DNA of 64,000 nt from an uncultured Candidatus Saccharibacteria bacterium (GTDB lineage Bacteria; Patescibacteriota; Dojkabacteria; SC72): positions 118,506-182,505 of the forward strand of contig CAZEQZ010000002.1 of NCBI GenBank assembly GCA_964514595.1, given 5' to 3'. The position numbers and the translations under genes were made by a program. The number at the start of each line of letters is the position of its first letter. Positions within the stretch are counted from its first letter, which is position 1. Positions 49,251 to 59,176 of the stretch are shown piece by piece. Under the pieces are notes generated by a model. That model had not been told where the DNA came from. It made no database searches and was given only the letters and a program-made list of their open reading frames with translations.

Positions 49251-50511
49251 TTTTATCTACACCACCCATGTAATCTCTAAGTACATCTGGAACAATTATA
49301 GAACCATCTTCTTGTTGGTATGTTTCCAAAAGTGCAACCATTAATCTACTTGTTGCTAAGCCTGATCCATTTAAGGAGTGCATATATTTAGGTTTGCCAC
49401 CACTAGCTGGCTTATACCTCATCTCTCCTCTTCTGGTTTGATACTCTCTTACATTGGAAACCGAGCTTACCTCATAGTACTGATCTATTGTGGGGATATA
49501 TACCTCCACATCATATGTTTTAGCTGCACATGCTCCACAATCTCCTGCTGCCAATTTCACTGTTCTAAAGTGAAGACCAAGTTTTTCAACTAGACTCTCT
49601 GCTTTCTTAACTAGTTCTTCCAATGCTTCCTCCGATTTATCTTCTGCCGTAAACATATACATTTCCACCTTGTTAAACTGGTGCATCCTAATCAATCCCT
49701 TCTCATTTGCTCTATAGCTTCCTGCTTCTTTTCTATAACAAGGAGTATATGCAAATATCTTTTTTGGCAAATCTTTCTCATCTACTGTTTCATTTCTGTA
49801 TATGTTGGTCAAAACTGTTTCTGCAGTTGGGACTAGACAAAGACCATCTGTCGTCCAATACACATCATTTTCGAATTTGGGTAGCTGACCTGCTGCATAT
49901 GCAGACTCTCTAGTAACTAAATTTGGAGGTATGATCATTTCATAACCATCGTTAATATGCTCGTTAATGAAGAAATTAATCAAAGCCCACTCTAATCTAG
50001 CTCCCATACCTGTATACATACTAAAGTTGTTCCCAGATATCTTAGTGGCCCTCTCTAAGTCTAGCAGACCCAGATCTTTTGCTAACTCAGTATGATCTTT
50101 TGGATCAAATTTAAAGCTTGGCTTTTTACCAACCTCTTTAACTACCTCATTACTCTCTTTCCCTCCTCCCACCACATCCTCATCTGGGATGTTAGGAAGT
50201 ACCTCTATTTTTGATGTTAATAGTTTCTCTGTTTCTCTAAGTTCGCCCTCCACCTTCTTAACCTCTGAAGCTTTCTCTTTCAATTCCCCCAATAATTTCT
50301 TAAATTCATCGCTTCCTTTATCTGTCTTGGCCATTTGATCGTTAAACTGGTTCTGTTGTGCTCTTTTAGTATCAAATTCTAATTGAAGCTCTTTCTTTCT
50401 TTCATATATCTTAACTATTTCATCCAAGTCAAACTCCTCTTTAGACAATCTTTTAAGCAAACCCTTCTCTACTTTATCCTTGTCTTCAACTATTCTTTTA
50501 ATATCAATCAT
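49240..50511 (-). CDS. serS: serine--tRNA ligase
   Basis: N-terminal coiled-coil arm plus class II core, 423 aa. Confidence 0.85.
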   Translation of the reverse strand: MIDIKRIVEDKDKVEKGLLKRLSKEEFDLDEIVKIYERKKELQLEFDTKRAQQNQFNDQMAKTDKGSDEFKKLLGELKEKASEVKKVEGELRETEKLLTSKIEVLPNIPDEDVVGGGKESNEVVKEVGKKPSFKFDPKDHTELAKDLGLLDLERATKISGNNFSMYTGMGARLEWALINFFINEHINDGYEMIIPPNLVTRESAYAAGQLPKFENDVYWTTDGLCLVPTAETVLTNIYRNETVDEKDLPKKIFAYTPCYRKEAGSYRANEKGLIRMHQFNKVEMYMFTAEDKSEEALEELVKKAESLVEKLGLHFRTVKLAAGDCGACAAKTYDVEVYIPTIDQYYEVSSVSNVREYQTRRGEMRYKPASGGKPKYMHSLNGSGLATSRLMVALLETYQQEDGSIIVPDVLRDYMGGVDKIAK

Positions 50512-50572
50512 TTCATTAAGTATTAATTTAGCAAATTATTGTATTATATTCTGCATTCTTGGTATTATCAAG

Positions 50573-51574
50573 ATGATGAAAAAGCAAGAGAAGTTATTAA
50601 AAAAAGATATTTTAAGGGCCAAACATATCTTAATACTCACACACAGAGGACCCGACTTAGATGCGTTTTGTAGTATGTTGCTGTTGTATAAGATATTAAT
50701 AAATCTTTTCCCTAAAAAGCATATTACTATGGAGGCTAGACAGCATCCGCAGGTTAAGCTACCTCAAATGGAGAATATTGAGTTGGTGGAGGAGATAGAC
50801 AGAGGAGATGAGGATTTAATACTTTGTACTGATAGCTCTGAGTGGGATCTTTTCGTAGATGAGCATAGGGATGGAGTATATGGAAGTAGGGTTAAGAAAT
50901 TCTTCATAGATCACCATAGGAGTGAAAGCAGTGAAGAGAGTGTCATAAATGAGATGCGTAGTTCTGCAACAGAGCAGGTATATGTCACATTAAAGAGAAT
51001 TTTTGATAAAAAATTTAAGTTAGATGAAGATATCGCTTCATTGGTACAGTATGGAATCGTTGCTGATACAGGGAGATTTCTGTATGACTTAACTACTCCT
51101 GATACTTTTAGAATATTTGCTGAGGTTAAGGAATTCTATTCAGTAGATTTAGAGGACTTTACGTACAAGTATGATAAGTTTCCACAGGAGGCAAATGAAG
51201 CAGTTATTGAATTATTAAAAACATTAACCATACAGGATGATATGGCATATATGTATATCTCTAGGGAAACTGTTCAGGAGAAAGGTCTAACAAAGCAGGG
51301 AGTAAATAATGGACAGGCTTTCCTCAGGGACAAGTATTTGAGATTTATACAGGGAGTACATTGGGGTTTTATTATAAAGCCCATGTTTGAATATACAAAC
51401 AAGTGGTATGTTTCTTTCAGGAGTACTAAGGGCTATCAGGATGTGGAGATTATTGCAAAAAAGCTTAATGGTGGTGGACATAAATACTCCTCTGCTACCA
51501 AAGTAACTGCTGATACCGTTGAGGAGGTTCTGGAAAAGGTTTTAGGAGTTGTTAAGGAAGTTACTTCTTCTTAG
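50573..51574 (+). CDS. DHH/DHHA1 phosphoesterase (NrnA-like oligoribonuclease/pAp phosphatase)
   Basis: 'ILILTHRGPDLDA' DHH motif I, 'DHH' ('FFIDHHRS'), C-terminal 'GGGH' DHHA1; start moved to the internal ATG at 50573. Confidence 0.65.
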   Translation: MMKKQEKLLKKDILRAKHILILTHRGPDLDAFCSMLLLYKILINLFPKKHITMEARQHPQVKLPQMENIELVEEIDRGDEDLILCTDSSEWDLFVDEHRDGVYGSRVKKFFIDHHRSESSEESVINEMRSSATEQVYVTLKRIFDKKFKLDEDIASLVQYGIVADTGRFLYDLTTPDTFRIFAEVKEFYSVDLEDFTYKYDKFPQEANEAVIELLKTLTIQDDMAYMYISRETVQEKGLTKQGVNNGQAFLRDKYLRFIQGVHWGFIIKPMFEYTNKWYVSFRSTKGYQDVEIIAKKLNGGGHKYSSATKVTADTVEEVLEKVLGVVKEVTSS

Positions 51575-51938
51575 TTTTCTCTTTATCACCATGCTCTTTC
51601 TCCAATTCTTTTACTTTCCACATAAATATTCTGCTTTTATCCTTTGCATCTGGATAATCTATTGTGAAGCTCAAGGCTCTCTCTAGTATAGCCCTAGGCT
51701 TCTCTTTAGCCCATTTGATATACATAGTAGCCCTACTCTTATCATCCAGTTTACCAGCCAACCTAAGGCCGTATGATTGATACTCCTTGGAGATATATTT
51801 ATGTTTGTTCCCAAACATTTTATTGGGATTTGTTTTTAATTCAGATGTATCAAATAGTTTTGATTGATTCTCATCACTCTCTTTCTCAGGAGTATTATCC
51901 TTTTTAAACTGAAAAACTATATCCTTTATTGAGTCCAT
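51561..51938 (-). CDS. charged hypothetical protein
   Basis: 125-aa ORF, K/E-rich, no motif. Confidence 0.3.
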   Translation of the reverse strand: MDSIKDIVFQFKKDNTPEKESDENQSKLFDTSELKTNPNKMFGNKHKYISKEYQSYGLRLAGKLDDKSRATMYIKWAKEKPRAILERALSFTIDYPDAKDKSRIFMWKVKELEKEHGDKEKTKKK

Positions 51939-51964
51939 ATCTTGAAGACACGTTATTTAAATAA

Positions 51965-53500
51965 CTACTTTTTGTCTTCCTTTTTAGTAAACTTAACTCT
52001 ATCTCCATATATTTTCCTAGTAGAATTGTCTATTTCATTTCTCATCTGTGGGAAGAATGTACCCTCCCTTGCTGTTACATCCTCCAGGAACCAGAATACC
52101 CTCTCACTCATCCCTAAACCACTTGTAGGAGGCATACCGTATTCCAACATCTCTACGAAATCAATATCCAACATATGTGCCTCATCATCTCCTTCATCCC
52201 TTAGTTCTTGCTGTTCTAGGAATCTATCTAATTGATCTTGAGGATCATTTATCTCAGTATATGCATTAGCCAATTCACTACCTGCCAATATAATCTGGAA
52301 TCTTTGAGTAATATCCTCATTATCATCATACGATTTTGCTAAGGGAGATATGAATTTGGGCTGATTAATCAAAAATGCTGGTCCAGATATTTCTGCCCTA
52401 GCTATTTTAATCAGATTATCTATTAACCTATTCCTATTTATATCCCCATCAAGTTCCACATTATTCTCCTCTACAACTTTCAAAATCTTCTCATCACTAT
52501 CTTTGAAAATATCTACACCAAACCTATCTTTAATTAAAGTTGTATAGTCTAATTCCTTCCATTCATCCGCCAAATCAAATGTATGACCTCGTGTTGTGAA
52601 TTTAGTTTTTCCATATACTTCTTTTGCTATATGTAAAAATATATCCCTAGATAATTCCATATTATCTCTAAAATCTGCATACGCCCAATACCATTCTAGT
52701 TGATAGTACTCTTGAAGATGCTCATCATCTATACCTTCGTTTCTAAAATTTGGACCAAGAGTGTATATCTTTTCATACCCTGCTCCTATGAGTCTCTTTT
52801 GATATAGTTCGGTTGATATTCTAAGGAAGAAATCTTGATCTAGTGCGTTGTGATGAGTAGTGAAAGGTGCTGCATCAGCCCCTCCAGTTACAGGTTCTAA
52901 TATAGGTACCTCTACTTCCATAAATCCTTTCTGTTTTAAAAACTCTCTTTGTACTTCCCAGAATTTAGCTTTTCTTTCAAAAAACTTAACTCTTTCTGGA
53001 TTTATAACTAAATCCAGATATCTCCTTCTGAACATCTGTTCTTTGTTCTTTAGTTTTCTAGGAATAGGTCTAAGCGCTTTAGAAAGGAGTCTTAGATTTT
53101 TCACCATAATTGATATCTGACCTGTTTTTGTTTTTCCAATAACCCCACATACTTCTATGAAATCTGCTAAATCTAATAGAGAGAGATTCTCTGCACTTAA
53201 ATACCCCTTCTTTTTATCCTCCCCCAACTCATTACTTCTAATCATAACCTGTATATCTCCTGTCTGATCCCTTATATCTCCAAATATCAACTTCCCATGC
53301 TCTCTCCATGCAGTTATTCTTCCTGCTAAGCATACCTCTTTTCCTTCATATTTATCAAAATTATCCAATATCTCAGCATTTTGATACTCTTTGTGTGATT
53401 CTGCAGGATATGGATTTATGCCTAACTTCTTAAGCTGTTCCAACTTCTCTAATCTTATTTCTCTCTGGCCTATTAGATCACTTCTTTGGTGGTCTTCCAT
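51965..53500 (-). CDS. lysS: lysine--tRNA ligase (class II)
   Basis: OB anticodon-binding N-terminus, class II motifs, 'GGADAAPF', 511 aa. Confidence 0.85.
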   Translation of the reverse strand: MEDHQRSDLIGQREIRLEKLEQLKKLGINPYPAESHKEYQNAEILDNFDKYEGKEVCLAGRITAWREHGKLIFGDIRDQTGDIQVMIRSNELGEDKKKGYLSAENLSLLDLADFIEVCGVIGKTKTGQISIMVKNLRLLSKALRPIPRKLKNKEQMFRRRYLDLVINPERVKFFERKAKFWEVQREFLKQKGFMEVEVPILEPVTGGADAAPFTTHHNALDQDFFLRISTELYQKRLIGAGYEKIYTLGPNFRNEGIDDEHLQEYYQLEWYWAYADFRDNMELSRDIFLHIAKEVYGKTKFTTRGHTFDLADEWKELDYTTLIKDRFGVDIFKDSDEKILKVVEENNVELDGDINRNRLIDNLIKIARAEISGPAFLINQPKFISPLAKSYDDNEDITQRFQIILAGSELANAYTEINDPQDQLDRFLEQQELRDEGDDEAHMLDIDFVEMLEYGMPPTSGLGMSERVFWFLEDVTAREGTFFPQMRNEIDNSTRKIYGDRVKFTKKEDKK

Positions 53501-53552
53501 CTATCCTGTTTTTTAATATTAAATTAAGTCCATTATATCATACTAAATCACA

Positions 53553-54443
53553 CTATTCGTGGATCAGGATTAGATCTCCCCTTTCAAAAATATTGTATAA
53601 ATACTTTGCATCTTCCAATAGCATACGAATACAGCCAGCGCTCTTTCGCAAACCTATGTTTGACACAGGTTCATATACCTTATTCCCCTCCTCATCATAC
53701 CACCATATTAAAGCATGCAATCCATACCAAGAACTTTGACTAGGAGAGTGATAGAAACCCAGCCAGTATGGCATATATTTCCCGCCTGGAGCTATAGGTG
53801 CTATACCTTTATCATTTATTGGAAAGACACCGTATACCTCATATCCTGATTTGGGACCGGATAGTAGTATTTCTCTATCTACTTTTCCATCTACCCAGGA
53901 ATACAATTTCTGTTTAGAGTTATCTACCTCTATGTATCTAGGGGCATATTTACCATCTGTACCAGGCAAATCTTTTATCACAACTTGTACAACCGTATCC
54001 GTCTGAGAATCAAAGGCATTATATACATCATTAAAAATATTTGTCAGATCAGGTATATTGTCTTCTTTCCAATATAGGAAACCTCCCGCTCGATTTTTGG
54101 CATACGCCTTCCCTCCATACTCTTTCTCAAAGAAGGGCAAAACTTTATCCAACACCTCTACATACACAGCACTTCTGTTAACAATCCCGTCTTCTACGCA
54201 ATTTTCACTAGATAACTCCACACAGTTACTTTCATTGCACACAAAAACAAAAAAAGATTTCTCCTCAACATCTTTCTTCTCTTCTTCTTCAACAAAGGAA
54301 TTTAGTTCTTCTCCTAAAACTTGTTGAGAGAGTTTAAGATCTCGCTTGCGTTCCTTGAGAGAGAAAATGATTAAGAAAGAGAGAAAAAGTATATACAGTA
54401 TATCTACAACTATTATCACATTAATAAGTGTGGAATTCTTCAC
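53553..54443 (-). CDS. L,D-transpeptidase (YkuD domain), membrane-anchored
   Basis: Catalytic 'HALIW...SAGCIRM' (H...S.GC[IV]R) motif. Confidence 0.7.
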   Translation of the reverse strand: MKNSTLINVIIVVDILYILFLSFLIIFSLKERKRDLKLSQQVLGEELNSFVEEEEKKDVEEKSFFVFVCNESNCVELSSENCVEDGIVNRSAVYVEVLDKVLPFFEKEYGGKAYAKNRAGGFLYWKEDNIPDLTNIFNDVYNAFDSQTDTVVQVVIKDLPGTDGKYAPRYIEVDNSKQKLYSWVDGKVDREILLSGPKSGYEVYGVFPINDKGIAPIAPGGKYMPYWLGFYHSPSQSSWYGLHALIWWYDEEGNKVYEPVSNIGLRKSAGCIRMLLEDAKYLYNIFERGDLILIHE

Positions 54444-54521
54444 AAAGAATATATTAACAAAAATTACACTAAGAAAATAGATGATGTATAATTGAGAGAA
54501 TTAAGATAAACAGGAAACCAT

Positions 54522-55814
54522 ATGGCAGAGGATATACTACAAAAAATCACATCTTTAGCTAAAAGAAGAGGAATCATATACCCTAACTCTGAGATATATG
54601 GAGGTATCGGAGGTTTCTATGACTATGGACCCGTTGGTGTTGAAATGAAGAATAATCTAAAAAGCTATTGGTGGAAAGATATGGTAGATAGGAGAGAGAA
54701 TGTTGTTGGTATAGATGGGACAATAATAACACATCCTAAGGTGTGGGAAGCTTCTGGGCATGTGGAGAATTTTGGAGATGAGGTTGTGGAGTGCAAAAAG
54801 TGTCACCAAAGATTCAGACCTGAGGATATTGAGGAGAAGTGCCCTAATTGTGGTAATACAACATTCACAGAACCAAGGTCATATAATATGCTTTTCGAGA
54901 CAGAGGTAGGAGTCCTGGAGGATTCAAAAATGAAAGCATACTTAAGAGGGGAGGCATGTCAGACCATATATTTAGACTTTAAGAATGTTGTAGATAGTAC
55001 AAGGATGCAAATTCCTTTCGGTATAGCACAGATTGGAAAAGCTTTTAGAAATGAAATAACTCCTGGGAAGTTAACATATCGATCAAGAGAGTTCGAACAG
55101 TGGGATATGCAATTCTTTGTACATCCAGATGAAATGGAGAAATGGTTTAAGTACTGGATGGATGAAAGGATGAGATTCTACAAGGAGTTATACAGAAAAG
55201 AGGAGAATCTTAGATTTAGACAACACCCAAAGGATAAGTTGGTATTCTATGCAAAGGATGCCTACGATGTGGAGTATAAAGCTCCATGGGGTTGGGCTGA
55301 AAATGAGGGTATACACTGGAGAAGTGATTATGACCTAACTCAACATGGAAAATTCTCCGGAAAGGATCTCTCATATACAGATCCTCGTAGTGGAGAAAGA
55401 TATATCCCATGGATAGTGGAAACATCTGGTGGTGTAGATAGGACACTCTTAATGCTACTTTTTGATGCATATGAAGAAGAGGATTTAGGAGAGGGAAATA
55501 GTAGGACCGTATTGAAAATACATAAGGATATAGCCGCATATAAGGCAGCAATATTTCCATTAGTTTCAAACAAGGAAGAGATTGTTAAAAAAGCTAGGGA
55601 TATATTTGAACTTTTATCCGAGAACAAGAAGGTTGTATGGGATGATAGAGGAAATATTGGGAAAAGGTATAGATATCAAGATGAGATAGGAACTCCTTTC
55701 TGCATTACAATTGATTACGAATCCTTAGAAAACGATACTGTAACTGTGAGAGAAAGAGATAATATGAAACAGGAGAGAGTTAAGATAGAAGATCTAATGG
55801 AATATATCTCCTAA
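54522..55814 (+). CDS. glyQS: glycine--tRNA ligase (alpha2 dimeric, GlyQS type)
   Basis: 'IYPNSEIYGGIGGFYDYGPVGVEMKNNL' N-terminus; 430 aa. Confidence 0.85.
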   Translation: MAEDILQKITSLAKRRGIIYPNSEIYGGIGGFYDYGPVGVEMKNNLKSYWWKDMVDRRENVVGIDGTIITHPKVWEASGHVENFGDEVVECKKCHQRFRPEDIEEKCPNCGNTTFTEPRSYNMLFETEVGVLEDSKMKAYLRGEACQTIYLDFKNVVDSTRMQIPFGIAQIGKAFRNEITPGKLTYRSREFEQWDMQFFVHPDEMEKWFKYWMDERMRFYKELYRKEENLRFRQHPKDKLVFYAKDAYDVEYKAPWGWAENEGIHWRSDYDLTQHGKFSGKDLSYTDPRSGERYIPWIVETSGGVDRTLLMLLFDAYEEEDLGEGNSRTVLKIHKDIAAYKAAIFPLVSNKEEIVKKARDIFELLSENKKVVWDDRGNIGKRYRYQDEIGTPFCITIDYESLENDTVTVRERDNMKQERVKIEDLMEYIS

Positions 55815-56275
55815 GATATACTTAGAACTTTATATTCAACCTTTCTGAGCCCAACTCTTACTTTTACACAATCACCAACCTTGGCATTTAGTAATTCCTT
55901 CCCCAAGGGAGATTTATCTGATATCTTATTCTCACTTGGATCTGCCTCTACCTCTGAAACTATCTGAAACTTAACTGTCTTCTTATTTACACTTACCTCT
56001 ACTACAGATCCTATACATACCTGCCCTACTTCACAAGATTTTTTATTTAAAGTCGTGGAATTACCTAATATATCCTTGATTTCATTAATTCTTTGATCAA
56101 CCTTCTCAAGCTCAGTCATAACAGCAATTATATCGTCTGTATCTTCACTAACGTCACTTAGTCTGGCTTGTTCAAGAGATTGCGAAAGTTCTTTCTTCTT
56201 CCCTTTCTCTAACTTCTCAAGCTCTGCTTTGAGTGCCTCTATCTTCTGTTTTGTTAATACAATTTTTTCTCCCAT
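55811..56275 (-). CDS. GreA-family transcription factor with non-canonical coiled-coil tip
   Basis: C-terminal FKBP-like domain 'LLNAKVGDCVKV'; the tip region reads 'ARLSDVSEDTDD' instead of 'GDLxENAEY'. Confidence 0.6.
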   Translation of the reverse strand: MGEKIVLTKQKIEALKAELEKLEKGKKKELSQSLEQARLSDVSEDTDDIIAVMTELEKVDQRINEIKDILGNSTTLNKKSCEVGQVCIGSVVEVSVNKKTVKFQIVSEVEADPSENKISDKSPLGKELLNAKVGDCVKVRVGLRKVEYKVLSIS

Positions 56276-56338
56276 TTGTTTTTTTAAGAATTAAAGTCGG
56301 GAATACGTAGTAAAAAGATATTCTTAGGATGAGCTAAA

Positions 56339-56986
56339 TTATACCATTTTTTGCTTTTTTTGTCTGTATTTCTCAATCTCTTTATGATTTCCAGAAAGAA
56401 GGACTTTTGGCACCCTCCAACCCATAAAATCCTCAGGTTTTGTATATTGAGGATACTCTAACTTGCCATCCTCAAAAGATTCTTCATTAAGAGATTCCTC
56501 ATTACCTAATACACCGGGAATTAATCTTGTAATTCCATCTATCAAAACCAAGGCAGGAAGTTCTCCCCCAGAGAGTACATAATTCCCTATAGAGAATTCA
56601 TAGTCTACTAGATTATCATGTATTCTTTGATCAAATCCTTCATATCTGCCACACAGTATTATCATATGGAGGTCTTCCTTTTGAGAAAACTCAACCAATT
56701 TACTCTGTTCTAAAGTTTCTCCTTTAGGAGTGGTTATTGCTACAACAGTATTTTCTTTCTTAAGTTCCTGTATAGCCTTATATATTGGTTCTATCTTCAT
56801 AACCATTCCAGGGCCTCCACCGTATGGTGTGTCATCTACAGTTTTATGCTTATCATCTGCCCAATCTCTCAAATCATGGACATTAACCTGAACTATCTTC
56901 TTCTCCAAAGCATTACTTAGAATACCTGTATTTATGTATTCTTTAACGATATTTGGGAATATTGTTACTATGTCAAAGGTTGTCAT
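56339..56986 (-). CDS. trmD: tRNA (guanine37-N1)-methyltransferase
   Basis: 'MTTFDIVTIFPNIV...GGGPGMVM'; the track ORF's first 40 aa are read-through of the tRNA-Glu gene, start reset to 56986. Confidence 0.85.
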   Translation of the reverse strand: MTTFDIVTIFPNIVKEYINTGILSNALEKKIVQVNVHDLRDWADDKHKTVDDTPYGGGPGMVMKIEPIYKAIQELKKENTVVAITTPKGETLEQSKLVEFSQKEDLHMIILCGRYEGFDQRIHDNLVDYEFSIGNYVLSGGELPALVLIDGITRLIPGVLGNEESLNEESFEDGKLEYPQYTKPEDFMGWRVPKVLLSGNHKEIEKYRQKKQKMV

Positions 56987-56997
56987 TTTTCTTATTT

Positions 56998-57072
56998 TGG
57001 TACCGCTACGGGGAATCGAACCCCGATTGCAGGATTGAGAATCCTGTGTCCTAACCGTTAGACGATAGCGGC
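56998..57072 (-). tRNA. tRNA-Glu (anticodon CUC), CCA encoded
   Basis: Reverse complement: acceptor GCCGCTA/TAGCGGT (G1-U72), anticodon stem CAGGA/TCCTG with loop TT-CTC-AA, T-arm CGGGG-TTCGATT-CCCCG. Confidence 0.8.
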
Positions 57073-57137
57073 TTACAAATAGTGATTTTATCATATAATT
57101 ACACAATTTTAAAAGGTTACTACAGGTTCCTTTTTAT

Positions 57138-57166
57138 TTGACATCACATATACGTAACATATATTA
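57138..57166 (+). promoter_or_regulatory. sigma70-like promoter candidate upstream of greA
   Basis: TTGACA, 16-nt spacer, TATATT, about 30 nt before the ATG. Confidence 0.35.
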
Positions 57167-57197
57167 TTTTTCGACTTAAATTATTAGGTTTGATGAT

Positions 57198-57659
57198 ATG
57201 AATATAGGACAAAGGTATCAAACCACTAAAAAAGGTTTTGATAAATTGGTAGAGGAGTTAAAGTACAGGGAGAAGCAACTAAGGAACAAGATTGCAAATA
57301 CATTGAATGAAATGAGAAACCAAGGGGACTTAAGGGAGAATGATGGGTACTCTATGGCTATTGAGGAGCAACAGATAAATGAGGATAGGATTGTGGAATT
57401 GAAAGAGAAGATCAAAAGTGCCAATATTATTAAGGATAGAGATAAGAATAGAGTAGGAATTGGAGACGTGGTTACTTTAAAGAATAGTAAAAAGATTAGA
57501 TATGAGATAACTAGTGAAGAAGAGGCAAATCCTTTAGAAGGGAAGATATCACATAAATCTCCTATAGGAGAGGCAATTATGGGAAAGAAAGTAGGGGATA
57601 AAGTGACCATAACTACACCAAAGGGTAGTACAGAGTATACAATTGAGAAAATCTCCTAG
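57198..57659 (+). CDS. greA: transcription elongation factor GreA (canonical)
   Basis: 'GDLRENDGY' acidic tip motif; C-terminal 'GKKVGDKVTITTP'. Confidence 0.8.
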   Translation: MNIGQRYQTTKKGFDKLVEELKYREKQLRNKIANTLNEMRNQGDLRENDGYSMAIEEQQINEDRIVELKEKIKSANIIKDRDKNRVGIGDVVTLKNSKKIRYEITSEEEANPLEGKISHKSPIGEAIMGKKVGDKVTITTPKGSTEYTIEKIS

Positions 57660-58360
57660 GGATGGATTAAGGTTCCTTCTTGAAGTATGTCTCTTATATT
57701 CTGCTTCTCATATATAGATTTACCTCCAGATATAAAGAAAGATATTCCCTTTTGAGAGGAGAACCTAGCACACTCTATATCTATTGGGATACTATTGTTT
57801 GCCTTATGTACTGAATCTTCTAGTATATTAAACATATCAAAATACTGATCCCACGACATATTTGTAATAGGTAGTGCATTAGGATTATGGGCAGGATCCT
57901 GTTCATAAACATGGCTAACATTGGATAGTTTTAAAACTTTCTTAATTCCCAACACATCAGCAAAAACAGCCGAATCCATATCTGTACTCCACCCCACTTT
58001 CAATCCCCCGCTTATTATTACCCTCTTACTATCTTCCCAAAGAAACTCATATGCATCTCCTAATTTCTTTGGCACGTATATGTTAGGATCTTCTATATAT
58101 CCTTGTAGTATTGCCGCATTTGTATGTGTAACACTCATGCCTATGTTGTGAAGATACTCCTCTCCTCCAACCGAAGTTGCAATCTTTTGTTGTAATTCTC
58201 TCGATAAAGAGCCACCGCCCACAACCATCACTACTTTTTCATACTCCGCACTCACTTCGTAATACCAGTTCTTAACCTTTCGGAGTAGTTCAGCATTGAT
58301 ATTTAGATTATTATCATACAATATGGAACCTCCTATTTTTAATACTATACTTTTCTCCAT
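57656..58360 (-). CDS. pyrH: UMP kinase, archaeal-type (amino-acid-kinase fold)
   Basis: 'VLKIGGSIL', 'VVGGGSLSR', 'SHVYEQDPAHNPNA' align with archaeal-type PyrH motifs. Confidence 0.6.
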   Translation of the reverse strand: MEKSIVLKIGGSILYDNNLNINAELLRKVKNWYYEVSAEYEKVVMVVGGGSLSRELQQKIATSVGGEEYLHNIGMSVTHTNAAILQGYIEDPNIYVPKKLGDAYEFLWEDSKRVIISGGLKVGWSTDMDSAVFADVLGIKKVLKLSNVSHVYEQDPAHNPNALPITNMSWDQYFDMFNILEDSVHKANNSIPIDIECARFSSQKGISFFISGGKSIYEKQNIRDILQEGTLIHP

Positions 58361-58362
58361 AT

Positions 58363-59157
58363 TTATAGATTCAGAACCAAAATTATTGCTACCACTACAT
58401 ACAGGAATGGAAGAATATAGTCTATAAACTTAATTCTTCCAGAAAATCTAATATTCCATATTGATATAACTAAATAAAAGGCAAGGGAACCAATAGCTGG
58501 GATCACAAAGATATTACGATTCCAAAATAGCAGTGTAAAGAGAGAGATAAACAAGGCACTTAATACAGAAACCAGCATTTCAAACAAACCAACCCTATCG
58601 TGAATCTTTAAAACAAATATCAAAAGAACTAAGGAGAATATTACTGATAACAGTGCAAATGTTTCCATTCCAACCCCTACCCTTACAAATATATTCAGTA
58701 GAAGATAGAAGATTGTAATACAAAGGAAATCGAATATCGCCCTAGTAGCAACAGCCAAGGAATATATCTTATTTAGAGAACTCTTTACATTTAAAAATAG
58801 TATTAGAAGAAGTATTGTACATATCCCCAATACTGTATGTCCTAGCAATTCATTTCTATTAAAATAAAGAAAGAATAGTAAAGATATATAGAATATTCCT
58901 GGTAGAATGAAATATCCAAAGAATCTGTCTTTTAAAGATATCTTTACTATAACATCACTGTATCTAGATATCTTACGACCAGAATATATACTGAAAACAC
59001 GCACAAACCACGTTTCCAAAAGTAGGAGACCCAAAAATCCCAATAATATTAAAAACTGCAAAGGAGCTCTTAAAACAGAATAATTGAAAAACTGTGTTAT
59101 CAAAAGTAATATAAAAAGATATAACAAATCATTTTTTACTTTCAATCTATATTTCAT
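58363..59157 (-). CDS. integral membrane hypothetical protein
   Basis: 264 aa, about 8 TM helices. Confidence 0.4.
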   Translation of the reverse strand: MKYRLKVKNDLLYLFILLLITQFFNYSVLRAPLQFLILLGFLGLLLLETWFVRVFSIYSGRKISRYSDVIVKISLKDRFFGYFILPGIFYISLLFFLYFNRNELLGHTVLGICTILLLILFLNVKSSLNKIYSLAVATRAIFDFLCITIFYLLLNIFVRVGVGMETFALLSVIFSLVLLIFVLKIHDRVGLFEMLVSVLSALFISLFTLLFWNRNIFVIPAIGSLAFYLVISIWNIRFSGRIKFIDYILPFLYVVVAIILVLNL

Positions 59158-59176
59158 TATTGGGCAGTAACCATTA

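Noticed and set aside
50480-50572. Upstream extension of the DHH phosphoesterase ORF overlapping the serS start
   Set aside because: The extension would overlap the divergent serS 5' end. The internal ATG at 50573 gives a DHH protein of typical length.
56987-57106. N-terminal 40 codons of the track's trmD ORF
   Set aside because: This stretch is the reverse complement of tRNA-Glu. The real start is the ATG at 56986.
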